Below, piece after piece: positions 52,091 through 61,069 of a stretch of 64,000 bases of DNA. Below the pieces are notes generated by a model that was not told the DNA's origin, made no database searches, and saw only the letters and a list, made by a program, of their open reading frames with translations. Where the stretch lies: NCBI RefSeq assembly GCF_028714775.1, contig NZ_JAQTLS010000016.1, positions 5,149 through 69,148 of the forward strand, given 5' to 3'. A program made the position numbers and the translations under genes. The DNA comes from Thiothrix sp. (lineage in GTDB: Bacteria > Pseudomonadota > Gammaproteobacteria > Thiotrichales > Thiotrichaceae). Position 1 is the first letter of the stretch; each line of letters opens with the position of its first letter.

Positions 52091-52693
52091 ATGAACCACA
52101 CGCCTGATTACACCTTTGGCATTGCCAGTTGGGAAATCATCATCCTGTTGGCACTGGCCTTCCTGCTTGGCATGTTGTTGTGCTGGCTGTTACGCAAAAT
52201 GGGCATCTGCTGTGGCGGCGGAAGCGCGGCATACGACCACGAAGCTGATGGTGCGAAAGCTGGTGGTTACACGGCTGACATGAACAGCCTGTTGCGCAGC
52301 CGCGAAACACCAGACAATGCATCCGCTTCCCGCTCAGTATTCGGTGGTGCAGCATCCGGTCTGACAAACACCGCAGGCGGGCTTGCTACGGCCGCAACTG
52401 GCCTTGCTGCCAGCCTTAGCGGTATTGCCAGCGGGCATAAAGATGACCTGAAAAAACTGGAAGGTATCGGCCCCAAAATTGAGCAATTGCTGAATACGGC
52501 GGGCATCCAGAACTTTGAACAACTGGCAGCACTCACGCCGGATGTCATCAAACCGATACTGGAAGCAGCGGGTGCGCAATTCAAGATGCACGACCCCAAA
52601 AGCTGGCCTTACCAAGCGGAACTTGCCGCTAAAGGCGAGTGGGAACGTCTGAAAGAATACCAAAACCTGTTGATCGGTGGCCAAGCAGAATAG
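52091..52693 (+). CDS. Membrane-anchored protein with C-terminal helix-hairpin-helix domain (hypothetical)
   Basis: Anchor YTFGIASWEIIILLALAFLLGMLLCWLLRKMGICC, a Gly/Ala/Ser-rich linker and an HhH-like segment LKKLEGIGPKIEQLLNTAGIQNFEQLA. Confidence 0.65.
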   Translation: MNHTPDYTFGIASWEIIILLALAFLLGMLLCWLLRKMGICCGGGSAAYDHEADGAKAGGYTADMNSLLRSRETPDNASASRSVFGGAASGLTNTAGGLATAATGLAASLSGIASGHKDDLKKLEGIGPKIEQLLNTAGIQNFEQLAALTPDVIKPILEAAGAQFKMHDPKSWPYQAELAAKGEWERLKEYQNLLIGGQAE

Positions 52694-52700
52694 CCATTCC

Positions 52701-52727
52701 CCTTAAAAAACCGGCATAACCCCTGCC
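52701..52727 (+). terminator. Rho-independent terminator
   Basis: CCGGCA-taacccc-TGCCGG followed by TTTTTTTT. Confidence 0.8.
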
Positions 52728-52781
52728 GGTTTTTTTTAAGGACGAAACACACACTGCGCGTCAAGCGTAAGGACAAAGACC

Positions 52782-54212
52782 ATGAACGTTACCGCCAATA
52801 ATGCTTATACATTCGGTATGGCAACGTGGGAAATCATCATCCTGCTGTTGCTCGCTTTTTTTCTCGGCATGTTACTGTGCTGGCTACTACGTAAGATGGG
52901 CATCTGTTGCCCCACCGCTCAGACATCCCCTAACGATACGCTGCTGATAAACAAATCCCTATTCCCCCCCGTCAGCACGCCAAACGTAGCTCCACCAAAA
53001 GCGGCACTGCACGTTGCCCCCGCTGTAGACCTGCCGAAAGCGGAAATGCATATCCCGGACACTGACCTCCCCAAAGCGGGCTTAGTAACCGCAGGCATCG
53101 CTGCCTTGCTAGCAAAAATTGACCCGCACAAACTCATCATCGACCCGCCGGACGCCGACGACGTTGAGCTACCCGAAGTCAAGCTGCAAGTCCCAGAAGT
53201 TGAGCTGCCTGCGGTCGAAGTGGACACACCCGCCGTAGAACTGCCAACAGCAGAATTGCACGTACCCGACATGGAAGTTCCCAACGTTGACCTGCACGCC
53301 CCAGTATTGGACGTTCCTGCGGTTGAAGTAGATGCGCCTGAAGTGGAACTGCCTAAAGCCGAACTGCATATCCCGGACGTAGAAGTTCCTGCGGTTGAAG
53401 TAGATGCACCTGAAATGGAAGTACCGAAAACCGGATTTCATCTCCCGGACATTGACCTCCCCAAAGTAGGCTTAGTAACGGCAGGCATCGCTGCCTTGCT
53501 GGCAAAAGTTGACCCACACAAACTCATCATCGACCCGCCGGATGCAGGCGACGTTGAGCTGCCAGAAGTTAAGCTGCAAGCCCCAGAAGAGGAACTGCCG
53601 AAAGCCGAATTGGAAACACCTACTATCGCTCAATGGATAGCAGGCATCGACCCGCACAAACCTATCGTCGATCCGCCGGATATGGACGAACTTGAGCTGG
53701 AAGGCAGCCTTTTGGACACATGGTTCCACAAGGCCAAAGAATCGGTCGAGCAATTCGCTGAAAAGACCAGCCCCACCGCCAGTGAATGGCTGCACAAAGC
53801 CAAAGAATCGGTGGAACACCTGACTGAGCAAGCCTCCCCCACCGCCAGCGAATGGCTGCATAAAGCCAAAGACACGATGGAACATCTGACGGAAAAGGCA
53901 GGCCCCACAACCAGCGAATGGCTGAACAAAGCCAAGGACACGGTTGAACACTTGTCCGAAAAGGCAGGCCCCACGACCACTGACTGGCTGAACAAGGCCA
54001 AGGAATTAGGCAATGACCTCAGCACCAAAGGCGGTTCATTACTAAGCCCTGAAACACTGGCAAAAGGCAGCGCCACGCTGGCAGCACTGGCGGCGGGAAC
54101 CAAAGAACTGGCAGAAAAGTTCACCAGCAACCCGCAACAACCGGAAAGCGAACCAGAAAAGGAAACGTCCAAAACGGATCAAACACCGCCACCGAAAAGT
54201 GACGAAACTTGA
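52782..54212 (+). CDS. Membrane-anchored acidic repeat protein (hypothetical; VELP/VDLP short repeats plus 22-aa helical repeats)
   Basis: The anchor is nearly identical to that of the previous gene (YTFGMATWEIIILLLLAFFLGMLLCWLLRKMGICC). Many (V/L)(E/D)(L/V)P(K/E/A)(A/V)E units, and four copies of SEWL[HN]KAK[ED][ST][VM]EHL[TS]EKAGPT. Confidence 0.65.
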   Translation: MNVTANNAYTFGMATWEIIILLLLAFFLGMLLCWLLRKMGICCPTAQTSPNDTLLINKSLFPPVSTPNVAPPKAALHVAPAVDLPKAEMHIPDTDLPKAGLVTAGIAALLAKIDPHKLIIDPPDADDVELPEVKLQVPEVELPAVEVDTPAVELPTAELHVPDMEVPNVDLHAPVLDVPAVEVDAPEVELPKAELHIPDVEVPAVEVDAPEMEVPKTGFHLPDIDLPKVGLVTAGIAALLAKVDPHKLIIDPPDAGDVELPEVKLQAPEEELPKAELETPTIAQWIAGIDPHKPIVDPPDMDELELEGSLLDTWFHKAKESVEQFAEKTSPTASEWLHKAKESVEHLTEQASPTASEWLHKAKDTMEHLTEKAGPTTSEWLNKAKDTVEHLSEKAGPTTTDWLNKAKELGNDLSTKGGSLLSPETLAKGSATLAALAAGTKELAEKFTSNPQQPESEPEKETSKTDQTPPPKSDET

Positions 54213-54238
54213 CCCTAACGGCATCCCGCTAAACAAAA

Positions 54239-54262
54239 CCGGCAGATAACGCCGGTTTTTTT
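54239..54262. terminator. Bidirectional rho-independent terminator between convergent genes
   Basis: AAAA-CCGGC-agataac-GCCGG-TTTTTTT. Confidence 0.8.
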
Positions 54263-54806
54263 ATTTCTTAAACGCGCTGTATAAATATTGGATCATCGAA
54301 ATCACGGTCAGCAAGGTAGCCGCCACCAGCGCCCCCAAACCGATTTCCCGCAGCGGTAAGCCCCACAAATCCTGATTGTATAGCAGGCAAATCAACGCCA
54401 GAATTTGTGCCGTGGTTTTGAGCTTACCAATGAAAGCTACCGCCACTTTGCCCCGATCCCCCACTTCCGCCATCCATTCGCGCAAAGCAGAAATCACAAT
54501 TTCACGCCCGATAATGGTGGATGCCGACAGCGTAATCCAGATGTTCGCCTCACGTTCCACCAGCAAAATCATCGCTACTGCCACAATCAGCTTATCTGCC
54601 ACCGGGTCAAGGAATGCGCCGAAGCGTGATTCTTGTTGCCACAACCTCGCCAGATAACCATCCGCCCAATCCGTTATCCCAGCAAAACCAAACACGCTCG
54701 CAGCCGCTAACGGCGCTACCGGCTCGTCCCAATAGAACAAAAATACCAACAACGGAATACACGCAATCCGCAGCCATGTCAGTAATACTGGCAGGTTGTA
54801 CACCAT
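54261..54806 (-). CDS. pgsA: CDP-diacylglycerol--glycerol-3-phosphate 3-phosphatidyltransferase
   Basis: 181 aa. NLPVLLTWLRIACIPLLV, DWADGYLARLWQQESRFGAFLDPVADKL. Conserved uvrC-pgsA synteny. Confidence 0.9.
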   Translation of the reverse strand: MVYNLPVLLTWLRIACIPLLVFLFYWDEPVAPLAAASVFGFAGITDWADGYLARLWQQESRFGAFLDPVADKLIVAVAMILLVEREANIWITLSASTIIGREIVISALREWMAEVGDRGKVAVAFIGKLKTTAQILALICLLYNQDLWGLPLREIGLGALVAATLLTVISMIQYLYSAFKK

Positions 54807-54807
54807 A

Positions 54808-56643
54808 TCAACTCACATCCCCGTTAAAGAAATCATAAATCCGGCGTGCCAGTTCGGGGCTAATACCCGACACTTTTGCCAGCTCCTCCGCACTCGCGCG
54901 TTCGATTGCCCGCAGCCCACCAAACTGCTTGAGCAACACTTGCCGACGTTTCGGCCCCAGCCCTTCGATCTGTTCCAGCGGCGATTGGGTTCGTGCCTTT
55001 TGCCGCCGCGCCCGATGCCCCGTGATGGCAAAGCGGTGCGCCTCATCCCGGATTTGCTGGATCAAATGCAAGGCTTTGGAATGCTCCGGCAGCGACAGCC
55101 GCCCACTGCCCTGCTCAATGATCAGCGTTTCCAGCCCCGGCTTGCGGCCTTCGCCTTTGGCAACACCCACCACTTCCACTCCGGCAACCTGCAATTCGCG
55201 CAACACATCCAAGGCTTGCGTGACCTGCCCTTTACCGCCATCAATGAACAGAATATCAGGAAGTTTGCCTTCATTCGCGGTCGCCCGACGAAAACGCCGC
55301 GTCAATGCCTGATGCATCGCGGCGTAATCATCCCCCGCTTGGATACCGTCGATATTGTACCGCCTATACTCGGATTTTGCTGGCCCATTCCTATCGAATA
55401 CGACGCAAGACGCGACGGTTGCCTCACCCATCGTGTGGCTAATGTCGAAACACTCCATGCGGGTGGGCGGGCTTGGCAAACCTAACACTTCCTGCAAAGC
55501 CGTCAAGCGCTGCTGCACCCCGGCTTTGGAGAGCAATTGCATTTGCAAGGCTTGCTCGGCATTACGCTCTGCCATGTCCACCCATTTGGTGCGTTCGCCA
55601 CGCTGCGGTTGGCGGATCACCACTTTGCGCCCTTGCTTGAGGGTGAGCATGTCGGCAAGCACTTCCGGTTCGTCGGGCATTTCCGACACCAGAATTTCCC
55701 CCGGCACGTCGTGGTTCAAATAGTATTGCGCCAGAAACGAGCCAAGCACTTCCGCGCTGCCTACTTCGCTATCCGGCAAGCTGGGAAAAAAGTTACGGTT
55801 GCCGAGGTTATTGCCGTTGCGCACGGTGAATACTTGCACGCTAGCAATCCCAGAATCGACGTGGATCGCCACCACATCGACATTGCCGCTGCTACCGCTG
55901 ACGTATTGCTGCTGGGAAATGTGCCGCAAGCTCTCGATCAGGTCACGGTGTTCCGCTGCCTTCTCGAAGTTGAGGGTCATGGCGGCAGCTTCCATTTTCT
56001 GCACTAATTCGTCAATCGCCTCTTGGGTACGGCCTTGCAGGAATTGGATGGCGTGGTGGATGCTGCTGGCATACTCCTGCTTGCTGATCAGCCCCACGCA
56101 CGGGGCGCTGCAACGCTTGATCTGGTATTCCAAACAGGGGCGCGAACGGTTACTGAAATAACTGTCTTCGCATTGCCGCGCCTTGAATAGCTTTTTCATC
56201 AAGTTCAGGGTTTGGCTGAGCGCACCGGAACTCGGATACGGCCCGAAATATTGCCCCGGCTCCTTGCGCGAACCGCGATAAAACTGGATGCGCGGGAATT
56301 CCTGTTTGGTGGAAATGTAGATGTAAGGGTAGCCCTTGCCGTCTTTGAGGCGGATGTTGTAGTGCGGCGAATGCTGCTTGATCAGGTTGCTTTCCAGCAG
56401 CAAGGCTTCGGCTTCAGTACTGGTGATGGCAATTTCCACATTGCAGATTTGCTTGACCATCGCAAAGATGCGCGAATTGGTAATGGTTCCCCGGAAATAG
56501 TTCGACAGGCGGTTTTTCAGGTCTTTAGCCTTGCCGACGTAGAGGATTTCGGCACTTTTACCCAGCATACGGTACACACCGGGCTTGTGTGGCACGGTTT
56601 TGAGGAAATCTTGGGGATCAAAGGTCGGGGTTTCGCTCTGCAT
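54808..56643 (-). CDS. uvrC: Excinuclease ABC subunit C
   Basis: The start is trimmed to MQSETPTFDPQDFLKTVPHKPGVYRM (GIY-YIG). UvrBC-interaction, endonuclease V-like and C-terminal (HhH)2 domains. Confidence 0.95.
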   Translation of the reverse strand: MQSETPTFDPQDFLKTVPHKPGVYRMLGKSAEILYVGKAKDLKNRLSNYFRGTITNSRIFAMVKQICNVEIAITSTEAEALLLESNLIKQHSPHYNIRLKDGKGYPYIYISTKQEFPRIQFYRGSRKEPGQYFGPYPSSGALSQTLNLMKKLFKARQCEDSYFSNRSRPCLEYQIKRCSAPCVGLISKQEYASSIHHAIQFLQGRTQEAIDELVQKMEAAAMTLNFEKAAEHRDLIESLRHISQQQYVSGSSGNVDVVAIHVDSGIASVQVFTVRNGNNLGNRNFFPSLPDSEVGSAEVLGSFLAQYYLNHDVPGEILVSEMPDEPEVLADMLTLKQGRKVVIRQPQRGERTKWVDMAERNAEQALQMQLLSKAGVQQRLTALQEVLGLPSPPTRMECFDISHTMGEATVASCVVFDRNGPAKSEYRRYNIDGIQAGDDYAAMHQALTRRFRRATANEGKLPDILFIDGGKGQVTQALDVLRELQVAGVEVVGVAKGEGRKPGLETLIIEQGSGRLSLPEHSKALHLIQQIRDEAHRFAITGHRARRQKARTQSPLEQIEGLGPKRRQVLLKQFGGLRAIERASAEELAKVSGISPELARRIYDFFNGDVS

Positions 56644-56728
56644 CGGGGTATTTTGCCATAAAAACCATCCCGAAACTTCCCACAAACCACTATACTAACC
56701 ATGTTCCTACATCAAAGGAGAACTTGCG

Positions 56729-57097
56729 ATGCAAGTCGTCAATGTCCGGCAGCTTAAAGCCAACCCATCCGTTGCCCTGCGGGAAGCAAAACACGATCTC
56801 GTGATGGTCACAAACCGCGACAAACCCGACGCACTGCTGGTCAGCATGGAACAACTCGCAGGCATTCCCAACCTTGAGCAAGTACGCTTGGTCATGGGCA
56901 TCAGCTTATTCCGCGACAAACTTCTTTCCATTGCCGCTGCTGCCAAAGTCGCCGGAAAATCGTTGGCTGAAATGCTCACGCTCGTTTCTGCGGCAGGCAT
57001 CCCCGTCGTCGACTTTTCAACAGAAGAAGTCGAAACCGAAGCCGCCTTTGCGGAACGCTGGCTATCAGAACACACGCTTCCTGCTGAAGCTGCATGA
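56729..57097 (+). CDS. Type II antitoxin: Phd/YefM-like N-terminal module fused to a UPF0175-type C-terminal module
   Basis: N-terminus MQVVNVRQLKANPSVALREAKHDLVMVTNRDKPDALLVSME (Phd-like). C-terminus ISLFRDKLLSIAAAAKVAGKSLAEMLTLVSAAGIPVVDFS (UPF0175-like). AAGGAG ribosome-binding site. ATGA overlap with the toxin gene. Confidence 0.75.
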   Translation: MQVVNVRQLKANPSVALREAKHDLVMVTNRDKPDALLVSMEQLAGIPNLEQVRLVMGISLFRDKLLSIAAAAKVAGKSLAEMLTLVSAAGIPVVDFSTEEVETEAAFAERWLSEHTLPAEAA

Positions 57098-57615
57098 GCG
57101 AAATGACCGTCATTGCGGATGCCAGCCCGCTGATTGCATTGGCACGTATCCGTCACTTGCACCTGCTACAAGCCTTGTTTGGCGAAGTGATGTTAACGGA
57201 TGTGGTAGCGCAAGAAGTGCTATCCGGTGGTGACTTTGCCGATGCCGAACCCGTGCGGGCGGCTATCGGCATAGGTTGGCTGAAAGTCACGCCATACAAC
57301 ACCAGTGCCACAACACCAACGACCCTAACTGCGTATTTGGAAGGGCTAGACCCCGGCGAAACCAGCAGCATTTTCTGGGCAGCCGAACTACAACAGGCCG
57401 GAAAATCCCCGCTGTTGATCATGGATGAGGCCAAAGGCCGCGCTGTAGCACGTTCCTTAGCCTTGGAAGTGATGGGCAGCGCGGGCGTAATTGCCATCGC
57501 CAAACGTAGCGGCCTGATTCCACGAGCACGACCATTACTGGAAAGCTTACGCGCATCGGGCTATTACTTGTCACAAACGGTGATTGATGCGGCGTTAAAA
57601 ATCGCCAAGGAATGA
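57094..57615 (+). CDS. DUF3368-family PIN-like nuclease (toxin partner of UPF0175)
   Basis: VIADASPLIALARIRHLHLLQALFGEVMLTDVVAQEV is the typical DUF3368/PIN-like N-terminus with acidic catalytic residues. Confidence 0.8.
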   Translation: MSEMTVIADASPLIALARIRHLHLLQALFGEVMLTDVVAQEVLSGGDFADAEPVRAAIGIGWLKVTPYNTSATTPTTLTAYLEGLDPGETSSIFWAAELQQAGKSPLLIMDEAKGRAVARSLALEVMGSAGVIAIAKRSGLIPRARPLLESLRASGYYLSQTVIDAALKIAKE

Positions 57616-57619
57616 AGCC

Positions 57620-59074
57620 ATGACCACACGTTTCCCACTCAACACCGAGAAAACCGCGCTGAGCCTTCTGGCGCTGATCAGTCTTGGCGTCATCCTGTTA
57701 TTCATGGCTTTGGGGCAATACGCTGCTCCTTCTGCTGACGATTTCTGCATGGCGGAAGGCGTGCAACGCCAAGGGTTGTGGACGCATTTGGGGCGGCACT
57801 ATCTGGAGTGGAGCGGGCGCTATTCCGGCAATGCGCTGTATGCCATTTACCCCGTGGTGTTTGGTTTGCTGGAAGGCTACAAATTCATTGCGCTGCTATT
57901 GCTGTTGTCACTGTTCACGGCGGCGGCGTTTTTCCTCTCGCGGCTATTGCATACGCGCATGAATGGCTGGGCGGTATGCGTCGCGGCGCTGATGTTTGTC
58001 GCCGTGTATGTGCTGGGGATGCGCAGCCCTGCCAGCAGTTTGTATTGGATGGCGGGATCATTGTCCTACCAGTCGGCGAATATTTTGTTGCTACTGCTGG
58101 CGGGTTTGATGTTCCAACTGAGTGAGCGGCAGCGCGAAGGGCAGAAAATTACCGCTCCCCTCATCGCGCTGACGGGCGTATTGGTGCTGGCTATCGGCGC
58201 GAATGAAACGGGTATGCTGATGGCTTTCGTGGCAACCAGCGTGATGCTGCTGGCAAGACTGCGGCAGGGTTGGCTGATAGCATTGCCGTGGCTACTGCTG
58301 TTTTTGGTGGCGCTGGTTTGCAGTGCCATTGTTTTCGGTGCGCCGGGAAATGCGGTGCGCGAAGCCACCTTCCCGTTACGTCATGATCTGATGCGCTCGT
58401 TGGCGGGCAGCTTTGCAATGGGGCTGTGGACACTCACGGCTTGGCTGCAAAACCCGGTGTTTATCGTGGCGACGGTGCTGACCCCGTTCATGACCGCGCT
58501 GTTGTGCCGTAACCCGGCGCGGCAATTTCACCCCAATAAACGGCAATTATCCGCACTGCTGGTGGCGACGTTGCTGTTGCCGTTTCTGCTGGAATTTCCG
58601 GCGTGGTGGGCAATGGGCGGCTGGCCTCCGCCACGCACGGTGGATGCGATTTACTTCGTGTTCCTATGTGGCTGGTTGTTCACGGTGGGGGCAATCACGC
58701 TGCATTTCATGCCGGATGTGTGGCGGGAAAATGGCTTGAATGCGCAACCACGGGCGCTTACTGTTTTCCTCATCACGGCAGTGCTGTTTGGGTTGGCGGT
58801 ATTCACCAACGGCAAGTTCCAGCGGGCGCAACTGGACTGGCGGGAAACTGCACCTGCATTCGATGCCTATATGCAGCAGCGTTACGCGATGATTGATGAC
58901 GCGCTCAACCACGGGCAGCAAACCTTGAGCGTGCCGGATTTTGGGCGCGAATACCCGCGTTCAGTGTATTTCAACGACATCCTGCCGATGCCGTATGACT
59001 GGCGCAATGTCTGTTATGCGCAATATTTTGGCTTGCAAAGCATCCAGCGCCATGTGGAACGCCAAGCCCGATGA
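57620..59074 (+). CDS. Polytopic membrane protein, putative polyprenyl-phosphate-sugar-dependent glycosyltransferase (GtrC/ArnT-like role inferred)
   Basis: 484 aa with about 11 TM helices. Translationally coupled (ATGA) to the downstream GT2 gene. I recognise no specific family motif. Confidence 0.5.
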   Translation: MTTRFPLNTEKTALSLLALISLGVILLFMALGQYAAPSADDFCMAEGVQRQGLWTHLGRHYLEWSGRYSGNALYAIYPVVFGLLEGYKFIALLLLLSLFTAAAFFLSRLLHTRMNGWAVCVAALMFVAVYVLGMRSPASSLYWMAGSLSYQSANILLLLLAGLMFQLSERQREGQKITAPLIALTGVLVLAIGANETGMLMAFVATSVMLLARLRQGWLIALPWLLLFLVALVCSAIVFGAPGNAVREATFPLRHDLMRSLAGSFAMGLWTLTAWLQNPVFIVATVLTPFMTALLCRNPARQFHPNKRQLSALLVATLLLPFLLEFPAWWAMGGWPPPRTVDAIYFVFLCGWLFTVGAITLHFMPDVWRENGLNAQPRALTVFLITAVLFGLAVFTNGKFQRAQLDWRETAPAFDAYMQQRYAMIDDALNHGQQTLSVPDFGREYPRSVYFNDILPMPYDWRNVCYAQYFGLQSIQRHVERQAR

Positions 59075-60027
59075 ATGCGCCGCCCCGCCCCGGCCTGTTA
59101 TCCATCGCCGTGCCGTGCTTCAACGAACAGCACAGCATCCAGCCGTTTATTGCTGCCATCACCCCGGTGCTGGAGGCGCTTGGTCGTAGGTATGAAATCG
59201 TGTTCGTCGATGATGGCAGCACCGATAACACCTTGCCGCTGCTGGTGGCGCTTGCCAGCACTCATGCGCACATTAAAGTCATCAGCCTGACGCGCAATTT
59301 CGGCAAGGAAGCGGCGCTGACGGCGGCACTCGATTTTGTCAGCGGCGCGGCGGTCATCCCGATGGATGTGGACTTGCAAGACCCGGTGGAACTGATCGCG
59401 CCGATGGTGGCGAAATGGCAAGCGGGCGCGGATGTGGTACTGGCGCACCGCCAATCGCGCCCCAATGATGCGGTGGTGAAACGCTGGGCAGCGCGGCTGT
59501 TTTACCGGCTGATTTCCAAACTCAGCGCCATTCCGATTCCTGAAAACGTTGGCGATTTCCGCCTAATGGATCGCAAAGTCGTGGATTGCGTGCGGCAATT
59601 GCCGGAGAAAACCCGCTTCATGAAAGGCATCCTCGCGTGGCCCGGTTTCCAAACCGAAACCATCGAATTTACCCGCCCCCCACGGCAAGCGGGTAGCAGC
59701 AAATGGCCTTTGTGGAAACTGTTTAACTATGCCCTCGACGGAATTTTCTCGTTTTCCACCGCACCCTTACGGGTATGGACGTATATTGGATCGGCATTAT
59801 CCTTTTTTTCGCTGGGCTACTTTCTGTGGGTGGTGGTCAAGACGCTGGTGTTGGGGATTGATGTTCCCGGTTATGCCTCCACACTTGCCGTGATCCTGTT
59901 CTTTAATGGCATCATCCTGATCGGGCTGGGGATTTTGGGGGAGTATTTGGGGCGGGTGTTTATTGAGGTTAAGGGGAGGCCGATTTATTTGGTGCGGTCG
60001 AAAGTGGGGTTTGGAAATAAGGATTGA
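59071..60027 (+). CDS. Family 2 glycosyltransferase, polyprenyl-phosphate sugar synthase type (GtrB/ArnC-like)
   Basis: LSIAVPCFNE...VFVDDGSTDNT...DVDLQDP and two C-terminal TM helices, typical of GtrB/ArnC/DPM1-like enzymes. Confidence 0.85.
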   Translation: MNAPPRPGLLSIAVPCFNEQHSIQPFIAAITPVLEALGRRYEIVFVDDGSTDNTLPLLVALASTHAHIKVISLTRNFGKEAALTAALDFVSGAAVIPMDVDLQDPVELIAPMVAKWQAGADVVLAHRQSRPNDAVVKRWAARLFYRLISKLSAIPIPENVGDFRLMDRKVVDCVRQLPEKTRFMKGILAWPGFQTETIEFTRPPRQAGSSKWPLWKLFNYALDGIFSFSTAPLRVWTYIGSALSFFSLGYFLWVVVKTLVLGIDVPGYASTLAVILFFNGIILIGLGILGEYLGRVFIEVKGRPIYLVRSKVGFGNKD

Positions 60028-60068
60028 TAACCATATTTCCCCAAAGGAATACGACCGAAACAACTTTA

Positions 60069-60116
60069 TGTAGGAGCTTGCCCAGCAAGCGATCGCCAGC
60101 AAGGCTGGCTCCTACA
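60069..60116. repeat. REP-like extragenic palindrome between convergent genes
   Basis: TGTAGGAGC-ttgcccagcaagcgatcgccagcaaggctg-GCTCCTACA. The outer 9-bp arms are perfect, and the sequence style resembles Pseudomonas-type REP elements. Confidence 0.55.
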
Positions 60117-60148
60117 AATGGGAAATTTATTTCGGGACGGCTCTTAAT

Positions 60149-60976
60149 TCACTTCCCCGCCAATTCCGCACGCAATTGCGCTAACACTGGCGCAGTATCA
60201 GGACGCACCCCGCGCCAGATAAAGAACGCTTCTGCCGCTTGCTCGACTAACATCCCCAAACCATCCAGCGCGTAGGCTGCACCTTGCGCCTTGCCCCATT
60301 CGACGAAGGCGGTAGGTTTTGCGCCGTACATCATGTCGTAAGTGCTGCCCCCCGTTGCCAAACAGTTGGGCGGAAGTGGCGGCAATTCCCCCTGCAAGCT
60401 GGCAGCCGTACCATTGATAATGAGGTCAAACTGCCCGGTAATATCCGCAAAACCCCCGCCCGTAACTGCACCGAATTCGGCGAAATCTTGCGCTAATTCC
60501 AATGCCTTCGCTGCCGTGCGATTAGCGATGAACAGGCTGGCAGGTTGCGCTTCCAAGATGGGTTGCAATACCCCGCGTACCGCGCCACCCGCACCCAACA
60601 GCAAAATGCGTTTACCCTGCAAAGCAAGCCCGTGGTTTTGCTGCAAATCCCGCACGATACCGATGCCGTCGGTGTTTGAACCGACCATCGTGCCATCGTC
60701 GCGGAATGCCAGTGTGTTCACCGCTTTAGCGCGGGCAGCGTAATCGCTGAGTTCATCTGCCAGTTCCCACGCTTCTTGTTTGAAGGGCACGGTGATATTG
60801 CAGCCTTTGCCGCCCGCCACGAGGAATATCATCACGTCTTGCGCGAATTCTTCCTCCTCAGACCGCAAGGCAGAATATTCCACCGCCTCACCCGTCTGGA
60901 GGGCAAACAGGGTGTGGATGCGCGGTGATTTGCTGTGGGCAATGGGGTTGCCGAAGACGGCGTAGCGGTCAGTCAT
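60149..60976 (-). CDS. aroE: Shikimate dehydrogenase
   Basis: [24 protein letters not shown] and LLGAGGA motifs. Confidence 0.95.
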   Translation of the reverse strand: MTDRYAVFGNPIAHSKSPRIHTLFALQTGEAVEYSALRSEEEEFAQDVMIFLVAGGKGCNITVPFKQEAWELADELSDYAARAKAVNTLAFRDDGTMVGSNTDGIGIVRDLQQNHGLALQGKRILLLGAGGAVRGVLQPILEAQPASLFIANRTAAKALELAQDFAEFGAVTGGGFADITGQFDLIINGTAASLQGELPPLPPNCLATGGSTYDMMYGAKPTAFVEWGKAQGAAYALDGLGMLVEQAAEAFFIWRGVRPDTAPVLAQLRAELAGK

Positions 60977-61069
60977 GTTGTCATCCGTTTACTTAATCAG
61001 GCGGAAATATATCACACAAGCTGGGTTATAATACCCGCCTCCCCACAACACCAAGAACAAGGCATTACC

